Shown here piece after piece: positions 34,866-44,507 of a DNA stretch of 64,000 nucleotides. The stretch is from a virus, in the IMG/VR virus record IMGVR_UViG_3300025294_000154; one strand, written 5' to 3'. Position 1 is the first letter of the stretch. The number at the start of each line of letters is the position of its first letter. Position numbers and translations under genes: made by a program. The notes beneath the pieces were generated by a model. That model saw only the letters and a list, made by a program, of their open reading frames with translations. It ran no database searches and was not told the DNA's origin.

Positions 34866-37094
34866 ATGGCCGCCCAGGATGAATCGCTTCGGCTCGTAGC
34901 TGAGGTCGTCGACAAGTTCTCGACGCCGCTCCGCAATCTTCGGACGATGCTGCAGGGTGTTCAGAACCCCGCCGCCGTCGAGAAGATGAAGGCCGGGTTC
35001 GAGGGCACGCAAAAGGCTGCGACTGCACTCGGTCGCGAGGTCAACAACACCCTCACACCCGCGCTCAACGCCGCTGGTATCGCGGGTCTCAGCATCTCGG
35101 GTGGTCTGCTGGCCGCAGGTGCGGCGTTACGCGCCTTCACCGGTTCGACGGCTGGGCTGGCTCTGATCGGCCGTGAGACCGGCATGCTCGTCCAGAACAT
35201 GCGAGTGCTTGAGGAGGTCGGAAAGCGGTTCGACATCGCCCCTGAGGCGATGCAGCAGAGCTTCCGGACGTTCGCCGAGAACGCGCAGCAACTGCGGAAG
35301 GGCATCGGTGATGTCACCGGGTTCCTGACTTCGCAGAGCCCAGCGGTGGCGAAGTGGGCGGCTGATCTTCGGCGAGATCTGAATAACGGCCTTAACCCGG
35401 ACGAAGCTTACAAGCGCGCGCTGGAATTCATGCGCCGCATCGAGGACCCGATTGACCGGAGCCGCTTCGCCGAGAAGCTCTTCGGCAGCAGGCAATTCGG
35501 CCTGCTCGGCAGTGAGGATCTCGGTCGCATATTCGCTGACGTAGAGCGTCAGCTTGGCAAGCTCCCGAAAAACGCTGCCGAGAGCGCGCTCGCGTTCAAG
35601 CGTGCCTGGGACGACGTCACCTCAAGCCTTATCGGCCTGCGCGACACCGTCGGCATGACGGTCCTGCCGATGTTCAGGGATCTGCTCGATACGACGAGCA
35701 AGTGGCTGAGCGATCCGGCCGTGAAAAATGGGCTGGCGACGGCCTTCAATGACCTGCAGGAGGCGCTGCGAAAGTTCGACTGGAAGCAGTTCCGCTCGGA
35801 GATGGCCGACTTCTTCGGCGTCGTCGTGTCGGAGGGCAAAGGAGCGATCGAGACCGTCAAGCTGTTCGCCCAGGTGTTCAATGCGCTTGGTGAGGGCCGC
35901 ATCCTAGATGCGATCAAGTTGCTCGACAGCAAGCCTGTCCTGCCGCCTGGCGCCCTGGGCAAGCCGCGCACCGAGGCTGACACCCGGGCGCAGGCCTTGG
36001 AGGCGCGCCGCGATCAGATCCAGCGCCTACTCACCGTCTTCGACGCGAACCCGGCCAATCGTCGCGACCCTGATGGGTCAGCTCAGCGCGATCGCCTGGT
36101 GAAGGAACTGGAATCGCTCACCGAGGAAATCAAACAGCTTCGGCGCCAGGGCGAGGACGCCAAGGTCCAACAGCAGAGCTTCAGGGGTAGCGGCGTCGGC
36201 GGCGGCCTGATCCAAAACGCGGCATTCGGTGCAATGGTCGCCTCGGGCGGCGCGGCGCGCGGCCTGTCGTCTCCTTGGGGCGGAGGGGGGCGTTTTCCGT
36301 CGCTGCTTGGCGGCGGGTCGCAGGGGATGCGAAGGACGCGCGAGGCTCTCGTTGGCGATGCTGGGTCCCCAGGCTATGTCGGGGGCAAGTTCGCTGGAAC
36401 CGGCGATCACACCCTTGACGCCATCATCGCCGCGGAGGGCACAGCAAAGGGCGGTCGTGATCCCTTCAATACCGTTCTCGGCTATGGAAAGTACGGCACG
36501 CCATCGAAGCCCCTGACCGAGATGACGCTTCGAGAGGCTTATGCCTTCGGCCGCGAGGTTCGCCGACGGCACGGCAGCAGCTCAGCGCTCGGGGCGTTTC
36601 AGATCGTCGGGCAGACCATGAAAGACGTCGGCATGCCCGACACCGGTTTGACCTGGGACGACAAGTTCACGCCCGAAAATCAGATGCGCATGGCCCAAGC
36701 CATTCGCCGGAGACAGGGGCTTGGTGCTTGGGAAGGCTTCAAGAACCACCCCGACCAGTTGGCCAAAGCTCGGCGTGGAGGTCGATACGCTCTTCCGACG
36801 GCGTCGCGGGCGGACGGCTCAGGGTTTGATAGCGAAGTCCGCAATCGCCAAGGCGGTGGTGGTCCAGGCTTCAGCTTGCCACCGCTCGGAAGCGCAGATG
36901 ATCTTCTCCGCAAGGCCCTCCGGTCACCGCTTATGGGCGGCCAGACAGTTGACGTTCAAGGTGGGGCAAATCTCGACATTACGTTGAAGGGATTCCCGCC
37001 TGGAACTTCAACTAGCGGCTCGTCCGAAGGAATCCTCAAGGACCTAAACGTTCGTCGCCAGACGGCGATCCCGAAGGCTGGAATCGATATTTAG
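34866..37094 (+). CDS. Tape measure protein with lysozyme-like domain near C-terminus
   Basis: Long helical N-part; AIIAAEG..FNTVLG..LTEMTL..SSALGAFQIV..T motif at about 36410-36780. Confidence 0.8.
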   Translation: MAAQDESLRLVAEVVDKFSTPLRNLRTMLQGVQNPAAVEKMKAGFEGTQKAATALGREVNNTLTPALNAAGIAGLSISGGLLAAGAALRAFTGSTAGLALIGRETGMLVQNMRVLEEVGKRFDIAPEAMQQSFRTFAENAQQLRKGIGDVTGFLTSQSPAVAKWAADLRRDLNNGLNPDEAYKRALEFMRRIEDPIDRSRFAEKLFGSRQFGLLGSEDLGRIFADVERQLGKLPKNAAESALAFKRAWDDVTSSLIGLRDTVGMTVLPMFRDLLDTTSKWLSDPAVKNGLATAFNDLQEALRKFDWKQFRSEMADFFGVVVSEGKGAIETVKLFAQVFNALGEGRILDAIKLLDSKPVLPPGALGKPRTEADTRAQALEARRDQIQRLLTVFDANPANRRDPDGSAQRDRLVKELESLTEEIKQLRRQGEDAKVQQQSFRGSGVGGGLIQNAAFGAMVASGGAARGLSSPWGGGGRFPSLLGGGSQGMRRTREALVGDAGSPGYVGGKFAGTGDHTLDAIIAAEGTAKGGRDPFNTVLGYGKYGTPSKPLTEMTLREAYAFGREVRRRHGSSSALGAFQIVGQTMKDVGMPDTGLTWDDKFTPENQMRMAQAIRRRQGLGAWEGFKNHPDQLAKARRGGRYALPTASRADGSGFDSEVRNRQGGGGPGFSLPPLGSADDLLRKALRSPLMGGQTVDVQGGANLDITLKGFPPGTSTSGSSEGILKDLNVRRQTAIPKAGIDI

Positions 37095-37456
37095 CGGCAG
37101 CCAGCGCGGCAACGAACGCGGTCGACGACTTGTTGCTCTTCGCCGATAGCCCGGATTTCTATGATCGTGTCTTTCCGGCGCCAAACGAAATCGCATGCAG
37201 CGGCGCCGGTGCCTCGGCATATCTCGGCCTCAGGGAATGCCGAGCAGCGCTCATCGCCAGGCAGGCATCTGGCTAGACCGCAGTCGCTGCCTTCGCAGCG
37301 GGTGGCAGTCTGCTTTACAGGGCTCCACTCCATAGCAATCAGCGACTGGCGCGCTTGCTCGTAGCTGGTGCGCTTCGGAAACGTGGGCAGTTTCTCCGCT
37401 GCTCCGGCTGTGGAGACGACGGCGGCGAAGGCCAGCAATAGGGCGAGACGCATCAT
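37091..37456 (-). CDS. Secreted Cys-rich protein, antisense insertion in tail operon
   Basis: Signal peptide ending AGA; eight Cys; convergent stop overlap with tape measure. Confidence 0.75.
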   Translation of the reverse strand: MMRLALLLAFAAVVSTAGAAEKLPTFPKRTSYEQARQSLIAMEWSPVKQTATRCEGSDCGLARCLPGDERCSAFPEAEICRGTGAAACDFVWRRKDTIIEIRAIGEEQQVVDRVRCRAGCR

Positions 37457-37534
37457 CTACGGATCTCCGAGCTCGGTAGCCATCATTCGCATGGATCGGC
37501 GATCGGGTTCAAATGCCGGAAGGCAACGGGCCGC

Positions 37535-38206
37535 ATGAATTCTCCTGCCATTGCCGAGACCGTCGCGCTCATCGAGGGCGTCGGAGCCGCTTTGCTCGAA
37601 GCATCAACCACGACTGAAATCGACGTGGCTGCCGACCTTCGGCGCACTGTGGGCGATTTGGTCGGCCGAGCCGAGCAACATCTCCGAGCGAAGACGATGG
37701 GCACCGCTCTGCAGGCGGCATTCTCCGCTGCTCTGGCGGCAGACGTGGGCTTCACGGGCTTCGACCGTGTGCGCGTCCTAGCGGTTGCGGCGTCGATGGT
37801 GAGTAAGGCCGCATTGGCAGCGCGGACGGCCTGCATTCAATTCGCGCTGGTGGGGATTGGGCAGGCGCTGGCTGAAACGACCTTTCGGAGCCGAGAGGAC
37901 GCCATGATCGCTTCATCGAGGGTGAACGCCGCCTTCGATCCTGCTCTCGATGCCGCAGCCGACTCCGGAGATCAGCAAGCCTACCGAGACATGGTCTCGC
38001 TCCACGCTGCGGTCACGCGTGATCTCAGCCAGCGGGCCCGGCCGTTGCCGCAGATGGTCCCGTATCGCTTTGCTCGCTCGCTGCCGACGCTGGCCATCTC
38101 ACAGAAGCTTTATGGGGAGGCCAGCCGCGCCGACGAGGTCAGGGACGAGAACAAGGTGATCCATCCTCTCTTCCCGGCCTCTGAAGGCCGAGCTCTATCG
38201 CTCTGA
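37535..38206 (+). CDS. DNA circularization protein (Mu gpN), C-terminal part as separate gene
   Basis: RARPLP..P.LAIS.KLYGEASRADEV..N.V.HP.F LysM-like C-terminus. Confidence 0.75.
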   Translation: MNSPAIAETVALIEGVGAALLEASTTTEIDVAADLRRTVGDLVGRAEQHLRAKTMGTALQAAFSAALAADVGFTGFDRVRVLAVAASMVSKAALAARTACIQFALVGIGQALAETTFRSREDAMIASSRVNAAFDPALDAAADSGDQQAYRDMVSLHAAVTRDLSQRARPLPQMVPYRFARSLPTLAISQKLYGEASRADEVRDENKVIHPLFPASEGRALSL

Positions 38207-38487
38207 TGGCCAAGGCTCATCGCGCAGGAGACGCTCGCGTCTGCGGCGCGGCAACGATCGCTGCCGGCCAGTCGCACGTCACGATCGCCGGCAAGTTGTG
38301 GGCGGTTGATGGTGATCCGAACACTGACGGGGGCGGGGAGCTGATCACGAGCCACCCCTGGCTGACAATCAACGGCAAGGGGGTGATCGTGGCGGGAGAC
38401 CATGCGGCGGCCGATGCGGCATGCCCGGTCCCGCCACATTGCGACCCGCTTGCCGTTGGCTTCAGCTCTCTCGTGGACGTGGCATGA
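38206..38487 (+). CDS. PAAR-like spike-tip protein
   Basis: AHRAGD..CGA..VTIAGK.WAVDGD..LTINGK.VIVAGD..C..H repeats. Confidence 0.7.
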   Translation: MAKAHRAGDARVCGAATIAAGQSHVTIAGKLWAVDGDPNTDGGGELITSHPWLTINGKGVIVAGDHAAADAACPVPPHCDPLAVGFSSLVDVA

Positions 38488-38978
38488 CCGATATTCGCAT
38501 CATCCAGATCGCGACCGACGAGGTTGTGACGATAGACTGGCTCATGACGCCGATAGGCGAGCTCGACGCGACGCAGGAGCTAGCGACGGCGGTCACGGTG
38601 GCGCTTGGCACCGATCGGCTGGCGCTCGTCGCTGACGAACTGCCTGACCCGAATGATCCCGATCGCCGCGGTTGGTGGGGCGATCTCGACGCCGAGACGA
38701 TCCACGACGGCTGGCCGATTGGGACGCGGCTTTGGCTGATGGCCCGGGACAAAATCACGGGACCGGCGGCTCGATCCGGATCGATCATCGCTAAGGCAGA
38801 GGAATTCGTCCGCGAAGCGCTGGAGCCATTCGTCGATCGGCTGATCGCAACATCGGTCGCTGTTACCGCCGAGCGCACCGACGTCGGAAGGATCGACGTC
38901 GAGGCCATCATCTACCGCGGCAGCCTCCCGGCCATTTCTCTTCGCTACGCGGATCTCTGGAACGAGATCGGAGCCTGA
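38484..38978 (+). CDS. Baseplate protein (Mu gp46-like)
   Basis: TDRLA..RRGWWGD..IGTRLWL..R.K..AEEFVREAL. Confidence 0.9.
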   Translation: MTDIRIIQIATDEVVTIDWLMTPIGELDATQELATAVTVALGTDRLALVADELPDPNDPDRRGWWGDLDAETIHDGWPIGTRLWLMARDKITGPAARSGSIIAKAEEFVREALEPFVDRLIATSVAVTAERTDVGRIDVEAIIYRGSLPAISLRYADLWNEIGA

Positions 38979-38984
38979 TCCCGC

Positions 38985-40076
38985 ATGCCATGGACGACCC
39001 CGACACTCGCTGAACTGCGAGCGCTGAATCGCGACTTCATCGCCGCGAACCTCCCCGGCGCCGACGCCACGGTTCCGAACTCGGTCCTGCGCGTGCTCAG
39101 CGATGCGAATTCTGGCCTCGCCGCTCTGACGCTGCAGTATCTCGACTGGCTGGCCAAGCAGCTGATGGTCGATACTGCCGAGCGCGAATGGCTCGACCGG
39201 TTCGGTCAGATTTGGCTCGGCGGGCGCAAAGCGGCGACGTTCGCCGAGGGCACCGCGTTGCTGATCGGCACAGCCGGAACCGTCGTGCCGATCGGGACGA
39301 GACTGACGACCTCCAATGCTGGGACGGAGTACGAGACCACGGGCGGCGTCACTCTGACTGGAACCGCGACCTCCGTAGCTATCAGAGCCCTCACGCCTGG
39401 CGTAATCGGCAACCAGTCAGCAGGCGCCGCGCTCTCGGTATCGACTGCCGTGCCAGGGCTTGATGCAGCCGCCAGCGTGGGGGCTCTCGCCGGCGGTGTA
39501 GATGCCGAGAACGACGAAGACCTTCGCGGTCGCATCCTCGATCGGATCCGCAAGCCGCCAATGGGCGGCGATACTGACGATTATGTCGCCTGGGCGCTTG
39601 AGGTGCCGGGCGTCACTCGCGCGTGGACATCGCCCATGGAAATGGGGGCGGGAAGTGTGACCGTCCGCTTCATGATGGACGAGCTGCGCGCCAGCAACGA
39701 CGGGTTTCCGCTGTCCGGAGATGTCGCGGCGGTGCAGGCGCATATCGACGCCCTTCGGCCGGTGACAGTGAAGGATCTCTTCGTCGCGGCGCCGATACCC
39801 GAGCCGATCAACTTCACGATCGACAACCTGGTCTTCGACAGCGCCGAGACCCGCTTCAATCTGGAGGCAGCTGTCGCCGTCATGCTGAATGAGCGCGCCC
39901 GCCCGGCCTACGCGCTGAACGGTGTCGCGCAGGATGCCCAGACTATTCATCGCGAGTGGGTGAGCGCGGCGGTGCTGTCGGCGGCCGGTGTTGAGAGCTT
40001 CGACCTGATCATGACGGACCACCTCATGCCGTCAAAGGGCCATATCGCGGTGCCTGGCACGGTGACCTATGTCTGA
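38985..40076 (+). CDS. Baseplate J-like protein (Mu gp47)
   Basis: TAEREWLDR, G.DAENDEDLRGRIL..PPMGG..DDYVAWA..VPGVTRAW. Confidence 0.93.
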   Translation: MPWTTPTLAELRALNRDFIAANLPGADATVPNSVLRVLSDANSGLAALTLQYLDWLAKQLMVDTAEREWLDRFGQIWLGGRKAATFAEGTALLIGTAGTVVPIGTRLTTSNAGTEYETTGGVTLTGTATSVAIRALTPGVIGNQSAGAALSVSTAVPGLDAAASVGALAGGVDAENDEDLRGRILDRIRKPPMGGDTDDYVAWALEVPGVTRAWTSPMEMGAGSVTVRFMMDELRASNDGFPLSGDVAAVQAHIDALRPVTVKDLFVAAPIPEPINFTIDNLVFDSAETRFNLEAAVAVMLNERARPAYALNGVAQDAQTIHREWVSAAVLSAAGVESFDLIMTDHLMPSKGHIAVPGTVTYV

Positions 40077-40749
40077 CCAGCACGTCCGGCGCGGCGGGGC
40101 TGAATACGCTGAGGCGCTGGCTGCTCTCCTCCCACGTGGTCCGGCCTGGCCGCGCGAGACGAACAGTGCGCTCATGGGCCTCGTCGCCGGCCTCGCCGAG
40201 GTCTGGGGCGCCCGGGTCGATAGCCGCGCCGCCGACTTGCTGGAGCGAGAGAGCGACCCCCGTTCGACGATCGAGCTGCTCGAAGACTGGGAACGGATGG
40301 CAGGCCTGCCCGACACCTGCGTCGCGGAGCCTTTGACCATTGGTGATCGGCAGCGAGCGCTGGTCGCGCGGCTGACAATGCTCGGCGGCCAGTCGCGAGC
40401 CTTCTTCATCGGTCTGGCCGCGTCACTCGGTTACGAAATCAGGATCACCGAGCACGCGCCCTTCATGGCCGGGACCTCGCAGGTCGGCGACACCCGCGAC
40501 GAATCCGGCGACTTCCGTTGGGAGATCGGGCCAGTTGAGGTCCGCTACTACTGGAACATCCACCTGGCGGCCGCGCGGCTCACTTGGTTCCGCGCCGGCG
40601 TGGGGCAGGCGGGTGTCGACCCGCATTTGCGCATCAGCTTGGCGACCGATCTCGAATGCCTCATCCGCCGGTTCAAGCCGGCGCACACTGAAGTCTTCTT
40701 CGACTACACCGGCATGGACCCGCTCGGTCCCATGACCGGTACGCCCTGA
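40069..40749 (+). CDS. Baseplate protein (Mu gp48/DUF2313)
   Basis: LLPRGPAWP, ELLEDWER..GLPD, LEC.I.RFKPAHT. Confidence 0.92.
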   Translation: MSDQHVRRGGAEYAEALAALLPRGPAWPRETNSALMGLVAGLAEVWGARVDSRAADLLERESDPRSTIELLEDWERMAGLPDTCVAEPLTIGDRQRALVARLTMLGGQSRAFFIGLAASLGYEIRITEHAPFMAGTSQVGDTRDESGDFRWEIGPVEVRYYWNIHLAAARLTWFRAGVGQAGVDPHLRISLATDLECLIRRFKPAHTEVFFDYTGMDPLGPMTGTP

Positions 40750-40766
40750 CGTCCGGAGCATTCCGC

Positions 40767-41708
40767 ATGAAATATGTAGCACCGTACGGGTCAGGCGACC
40801 CGAACGCGCCCTATGTCAACGGCAACCCGTCTACCGGCGTGCAAGGATCGATTCCCCCAGCTGCAGCTTTCGAGCATCCACTGCGCGAGATCGTCGCTGC
40901 CATTTCAGGTGCTGGTCTGACGCCCGACGAGAACGTCCTCAACCAACTCGCCTACGCCATCCAGAAAGGCATGAACTACGCCGTCGCCACCGGCACGGCG
41001 AATGCCTGGGTTGTCGGGCCTTCGCTTGCCCCGCTCGCCTATGCCGCCGGCCTGCCTTTTGACATCGTGGCGCCGGCGACGAACACCTCGACGACGGTCA
41101 ACGCGAACGTCTCAAGCCTCGGCAACAAGCGGATCAAGAAGGCTGACGGCACGGACCCGGCGATCGGGGATGTCGTTTCCGGCGTGCTTTATCCGACGCG
41201 CTACGATGGCACCTCGATCCGTATCATGGTTCCGCTCGCCAGCGACATGGTCGCGGGCATCAATGCCTCGGGCACCGCGCCGCAGCTCAATTTCTTCGAG
41301 ATGGTGACGGCGGGCACGCAGAGCGTCGCGAACACGACGATCACCCGTATCAACGACTTCACAGTCTCCGCCTCGAAGGCGTCCGACGCCTCTTTCGGGT
41401 CTGGGGGGATTGTCACCATCGGGCCAAAGACCGCGGGCGTATGGGTCTGTAATCAATATTATACACCCAGCCAGACAGGCGGCCCGGCCACCACCACGCA
41501 AGCTTATCTCTACAAGAACGGCGTGAACGTCCAGCAGGTCACCGTATCTGGCTCATTCTGCGCGCAGACTGCCACAGTTCGGGTCGCCAACGGCGATACG
41601 CTCGACATGCGCGTCTACCAGAATTCTGGCGGCTCTCGGACCAACAGTTGGCCCTCGGCAACTCCGCCCAACTCGACCTTCAACCTCTACCAGATCTCCG
41701 GCGCCTGA
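40767..41708 (+). CDS. Tail fibre protein with beta-sandwich (C1q-like) tip
   Basis: N-terminal YVNGNPSTGVQGSIPPAAAFEHP.REIV..I..AGLTP..QL..AI; C-terminal VANGDTLDMRVYQNSG. Confidence 0.8.
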   Translation: MKYVAPYGSGDPNAPYVNGNPSTGVQGSIPPAAAFEHPLREIVAAISGAGLTPDENVLNQLAYAIQKGMNYAVATGTANAWVVGPSLAPLAYAAGLPFDIVAPATNTSTTVNANVSSLGNKRIKKADGTDPAIGDVVSGVLYPTRYDGTSIRIMVPLASDMVAGINASGTAPQLNFFEMVTAGTQSVANTTITRINDFTVSASKASDASFGSGGIVTIGPKTAGVWVCNQYYTPSQTGGPATTTQAYLYKNGVNVQQVTVSGSFCAQTATVRVANGDTLDMRVYQNSGGSRTNSWPSATPPNSTFNLYQISGA

Positions 41709-41718
41709 CGAGGCCACT

Positions 41719-42573
41719 ATGACCTACGCTGCTCGCTTCACCCCTTCCGGGGCGGTGGACCTGATGACGGCTGCGCCATCGCCTGCAATCGGGTCGAGCC
41801 TAGTGATGGCGCCCGGTTGCTACGGCTATAATGCGACGTCCTATGACTGCACCACAGAGGGCCTTCACCGTTGGGTTGAGGTGAATACCGACACAACGAA
41901 CCGCATCGTCTACGGGTCGGATATCTACGCTCTGATGTCGGCTCTATCGTGGCTTTGCGTGCATGGCCGGACCGATGAGGGCTTAACCAACGCCCAGCTT
42001 GAGGCCAGGGCTAAGACGAGCAAGCTGCGTCTTCGCTGCGGGCCAACGGTCGGCTTTTGCCGCTATATCCTGGCGGGGCGCGGCATCAACTCTCGCATCG
42101 TTCGCTACCTGACCATGACGCCGCCTGTTGCGCCGTGGGCAGGAACTGACGAGGGCCATGTCGCGATGGAGCTCCAAGCTCCTGGAGGCTGGCTCAATTT
42201 CGACCCGAATAATGCCGCGTATTACAAGGACGGCTCAGGAACCCATCTAAGCGCGCTGGCTATTCTCGCGTCGATCGCTGAAAATTCGTTCCAGATTGTC
42301 CCGCTCGATGTTGATAGCGGGTACGAGGTCATGCCTTTCGAGAGTGGCAAGTTCGACGTGACCGGCTGGAAGGAGGTCACCTTCCTGCGCCCTGATGGGC
42401 CGAGGACGTGGGCGCGCAGGATAATGCAGGCGATCGGCTGGGATCACCCCAGCGGCGAAGTCTGGTGGCAACTGCCGCCGGGGTCCGAAAGCCGTGCGGC
42501 ATGGGTGACGGGCCTCCAGTCCAACTATCGCGTCAAGACGGCCGCTGAGATTTCTGCTCAGTTTTACCCTTGA
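41719..42573 (+). CDS. Transglutaminase-like (Cys-His-Asp) protein
   Basis: LRCGPT, GHVAMEL, WLNFDP in canonical order and spacing. Confidence 0.6.
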   Translation: MTYAARFTPSGAVDLMTAAPSPAIGSSLVMAPGCYGYNATSYDCTTEGLHRWVEVNTDTTNRIVYGSDIYALMSALSWLCVHGRTDEGLTNAQLEARAKTSKLRLRCGPTVGFCRYILAGRGINSRIVRYLTMTPPVAPWAGTDEGHVAMELQAPGGWLNFDPNNAAYYKDGSGTHLSALAILASIAENSFQIVPLDVDSGYEVMPFESGKFDVTGWKEVTFLRPDGPRTWARRIMQAIGWDHPSGEVWWQLPPGSESRAAWVTGLQSNYRVKTAAEISAQFYP

Positions 42574-42777
42574 CCACCCTCATACCCCAGGTTGGGCTTC
42601 GGTACACTCGCATCCACGTCAGCACGCTATAGCCTCCGGTACAAACCCCAATCCCGAGAACAGAATGCTTAAATCGGTACTCGACCTGAGTGGGTGCAGT
42701 GTCGAATGTTGAGATCCAGACAGAATATTCGCCGGATTCGAGTATCTTCCTGTGCTTTATTAGCTGCACTTGATCGC

Positions 42778-43890
42778 TCACTCTGGATCGTAGCCGACGG
42801 GGCATAGCAATCTGTTTGCTAGGCCAGTCGGTTCCTGGGTCCATTGGGACGCTACCGATTTTTGGGTCTCTATGAGAGCCATCGGAGTTCCGTCTGCTCG
42901 TGCGAGCGTCGCCTGGGTAGTGAGCAAACGACCTGCGGTTTCTAGAGACTGGATGCGGTATCTCAGAACTTCACTCGCATCGCTGTTCGCGAAATAGAAG
43001 ACGTCACGAATTTGCGTGCTGGCGATGTCAGGCCAGCTTCGACCGAAATGCCCCATTTCGCAAAAATCCGCGATTGTCGGATATGCGGCGAAATATAGGA
43101 GTCCCACCCCATTGATATCGACATAGGGGTTGATTTCATAAATGCGATTGAACACAGCCTCTTTTGCGTTGCCGCGCTGCGCCCTTCGCTGTTGATACTC
43201 TTGAACAAATGGGGGCTTTTCAGCGAGGGCCGGGATGGGACAATCCGGCGGTATCACTGGCTGACCTTTGCGGAGGTCAGAGTTCGATCCTTCTGAGGAT
43301 CGCGCCGAGAAGCTGGATAGGACCGTGGACGAGAACGATTTGGTGCCGGATGTACCCTTGAACACCCCCATGAACTGGCCGGATCCATAGCGAGCGATTG
43401 AACCGGTAATCGCCAAATCTTCGTTTTCGCCATAGGCGCTCCACGGAGTGTCCGTCTCGACACGGAACCGAGTGAACGTCGCGTAGAGGCGATTTCCGCT
43501 GCCATCAAACATTTGGCTGGATTCGACGCCTAAGCCTGACGCAATTAGGCTCCAGTGAAAATCGCCGATTTCCTTGAACAACCAGTTCTCGGAGAGACCG
43601 CCGACAGCCATTTGCGGCATTCCAATTTTAAATCGGCGAACCGACGTCATCGACCCGGGGGCTTCTTTGGTTGCCGAACCGTTGGCAAAGTATCGTTTTA
43701 GATCGGCCGGTCGGCGACATTCTACCCAGTCCGCGTCGGGGATGTTGTGGCCGGTCTTCGCTTCTAAGGCCGAGCGCAGATTGACGAGGTCGAAGCTGTC
43801 GAGTCCAAGGCTCTCGAACGTATGAGCGTCCCTCATCGGTTCATAGCCACCAATCTCCGAGCGGAGAACGGCTTCGATTGCCTCTATCAC
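42778..43890 (-). CDS. Acyl carrier protein fused to LnmK-family acyltransferase/decarboxylase (double hot-dog)
   Basis: N-terminal FESLGLDSFDL..ALE (ACP Ser motif); then GD.HW, DGSGNRLYATF.RFRV, SNSDLRK, DINGVGLLYFAAY, FYFANSD resembling LnmK as recalled. Confidence 0.82.
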   Translation of the reverse strand: MIEAIEAVLRSEIGGYEPMRDAHTFESLGLDSFDLVNLRSALEAKTGHNIPDADWVECRRPADLKRYFANGSATKEAPGSMTSVRRFKIGMPQMAVGGLSENWLFKEIGDFHWSLIASGLGVESSQMFDGSGNRLYATFTRFRVETDTPWSAYGENEDLAITGSIARYGSGQFMGVFKGTSGTKSFSSTVLSSFSARSSEGSNSDLRKGQPVIPPDCPIPALAEKPPFVQEYQQRRAQRGNAKEAVFNRIYEINPYVDINGVGLLYFAAYPTIADFCEMGHFGRSWPDIASTQIRDVFYFANSDASEVLRYRIQSLETAGRLLTTQATLARADGTPMALIETQKSVASQWTQEPTGLANRLLCPVGYDPE

Positions 43891-44507
43891 CTATGCTTTC
43901 CTTCTATTTCGGCGAAAATCTCTAGATATTTGCCTTTGGTCTCGTGATCAAACGGGAGGTCATCAAGGAGCTCAGAAACGAAGCCGGCGTCGATCTTTCT
44001 AATAACCTTAGCAGGGTTGCCGCCAACGAGCATGAACGAAGGCACGTCGCGAGTGATCACCGACATCGGCAGGCAGACAACGCAATCACCGATCGTCACC
44101 CCAGGCATTACGACCGTAGGTCCAGGCAGGTAGCAGCCGGTCCCAATGGTCGTGGGGGCCCGACGAATAAGGGGCGAGCCCGGCTCGTTGCTTTGGAGGA
44201 TGTTCGTCAAAAGGCTTGCATGGGTCCAGACGTATGTGCCGGCGCCGATGCTGGTAAAACTACCAATGGAGAGCCCCCCGCTGGCATCGAGCTTCGCATC
44301 TTCGCCAATCCACACTTGCTCTCCACAAGTGAACTTGTCGGGACTGTATATCTTGGCGTTCTCACGCATGCGGCATCCGTCTGGCAGGCCGTACAAGGCC
44401 GCCCGCTCGCCGTCGGTCATCAAGTTGGACATGAACTGCAGAAGGATATCATTCCGCATCGCGAGCGTGCGCTCGTCGGAACGCAGAGACCCAGAAGGCT
44501 TAGTCAA
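43887..44507 (-). CDS. Left-handed beta-helix (hexapeptide) acyltransferase
   Basis: IGE..KLDASGGLSIGSFTSIG..VWTH..TTIGTGCYL..VMPGVTIGD..TRDVP..GGNPAKVI; TTG 44507 or ATG 44459 start. Confidence 0.9.
   Translation of the reverse strand: MTKPSGSLRSDERTLAMRNDILLQFMSNLMTDGERAALYGLPDGCRMRENAKIYSPDKFTCGEQVWIGEDAKLDASGGLSIGSFTSIGAGTYVWTHASLLTNILQSNEPGSPLIRRAPTTIGTGCYLPGPTVVMPGVTIGDCVVCLPMSVITRDVPSFMLVGGNPAKVIRKIDAGFVSELLDDLPFDHETKGKYLEIFAEIEGKHR

Noticed and set aside
42533-42844. 103-aa minus-strand ORF after ACP-LnmK
   Set aside because: Overlaps both neighbours and has no recognisable motif; cannot exclude a fourth or remnant cassette gene
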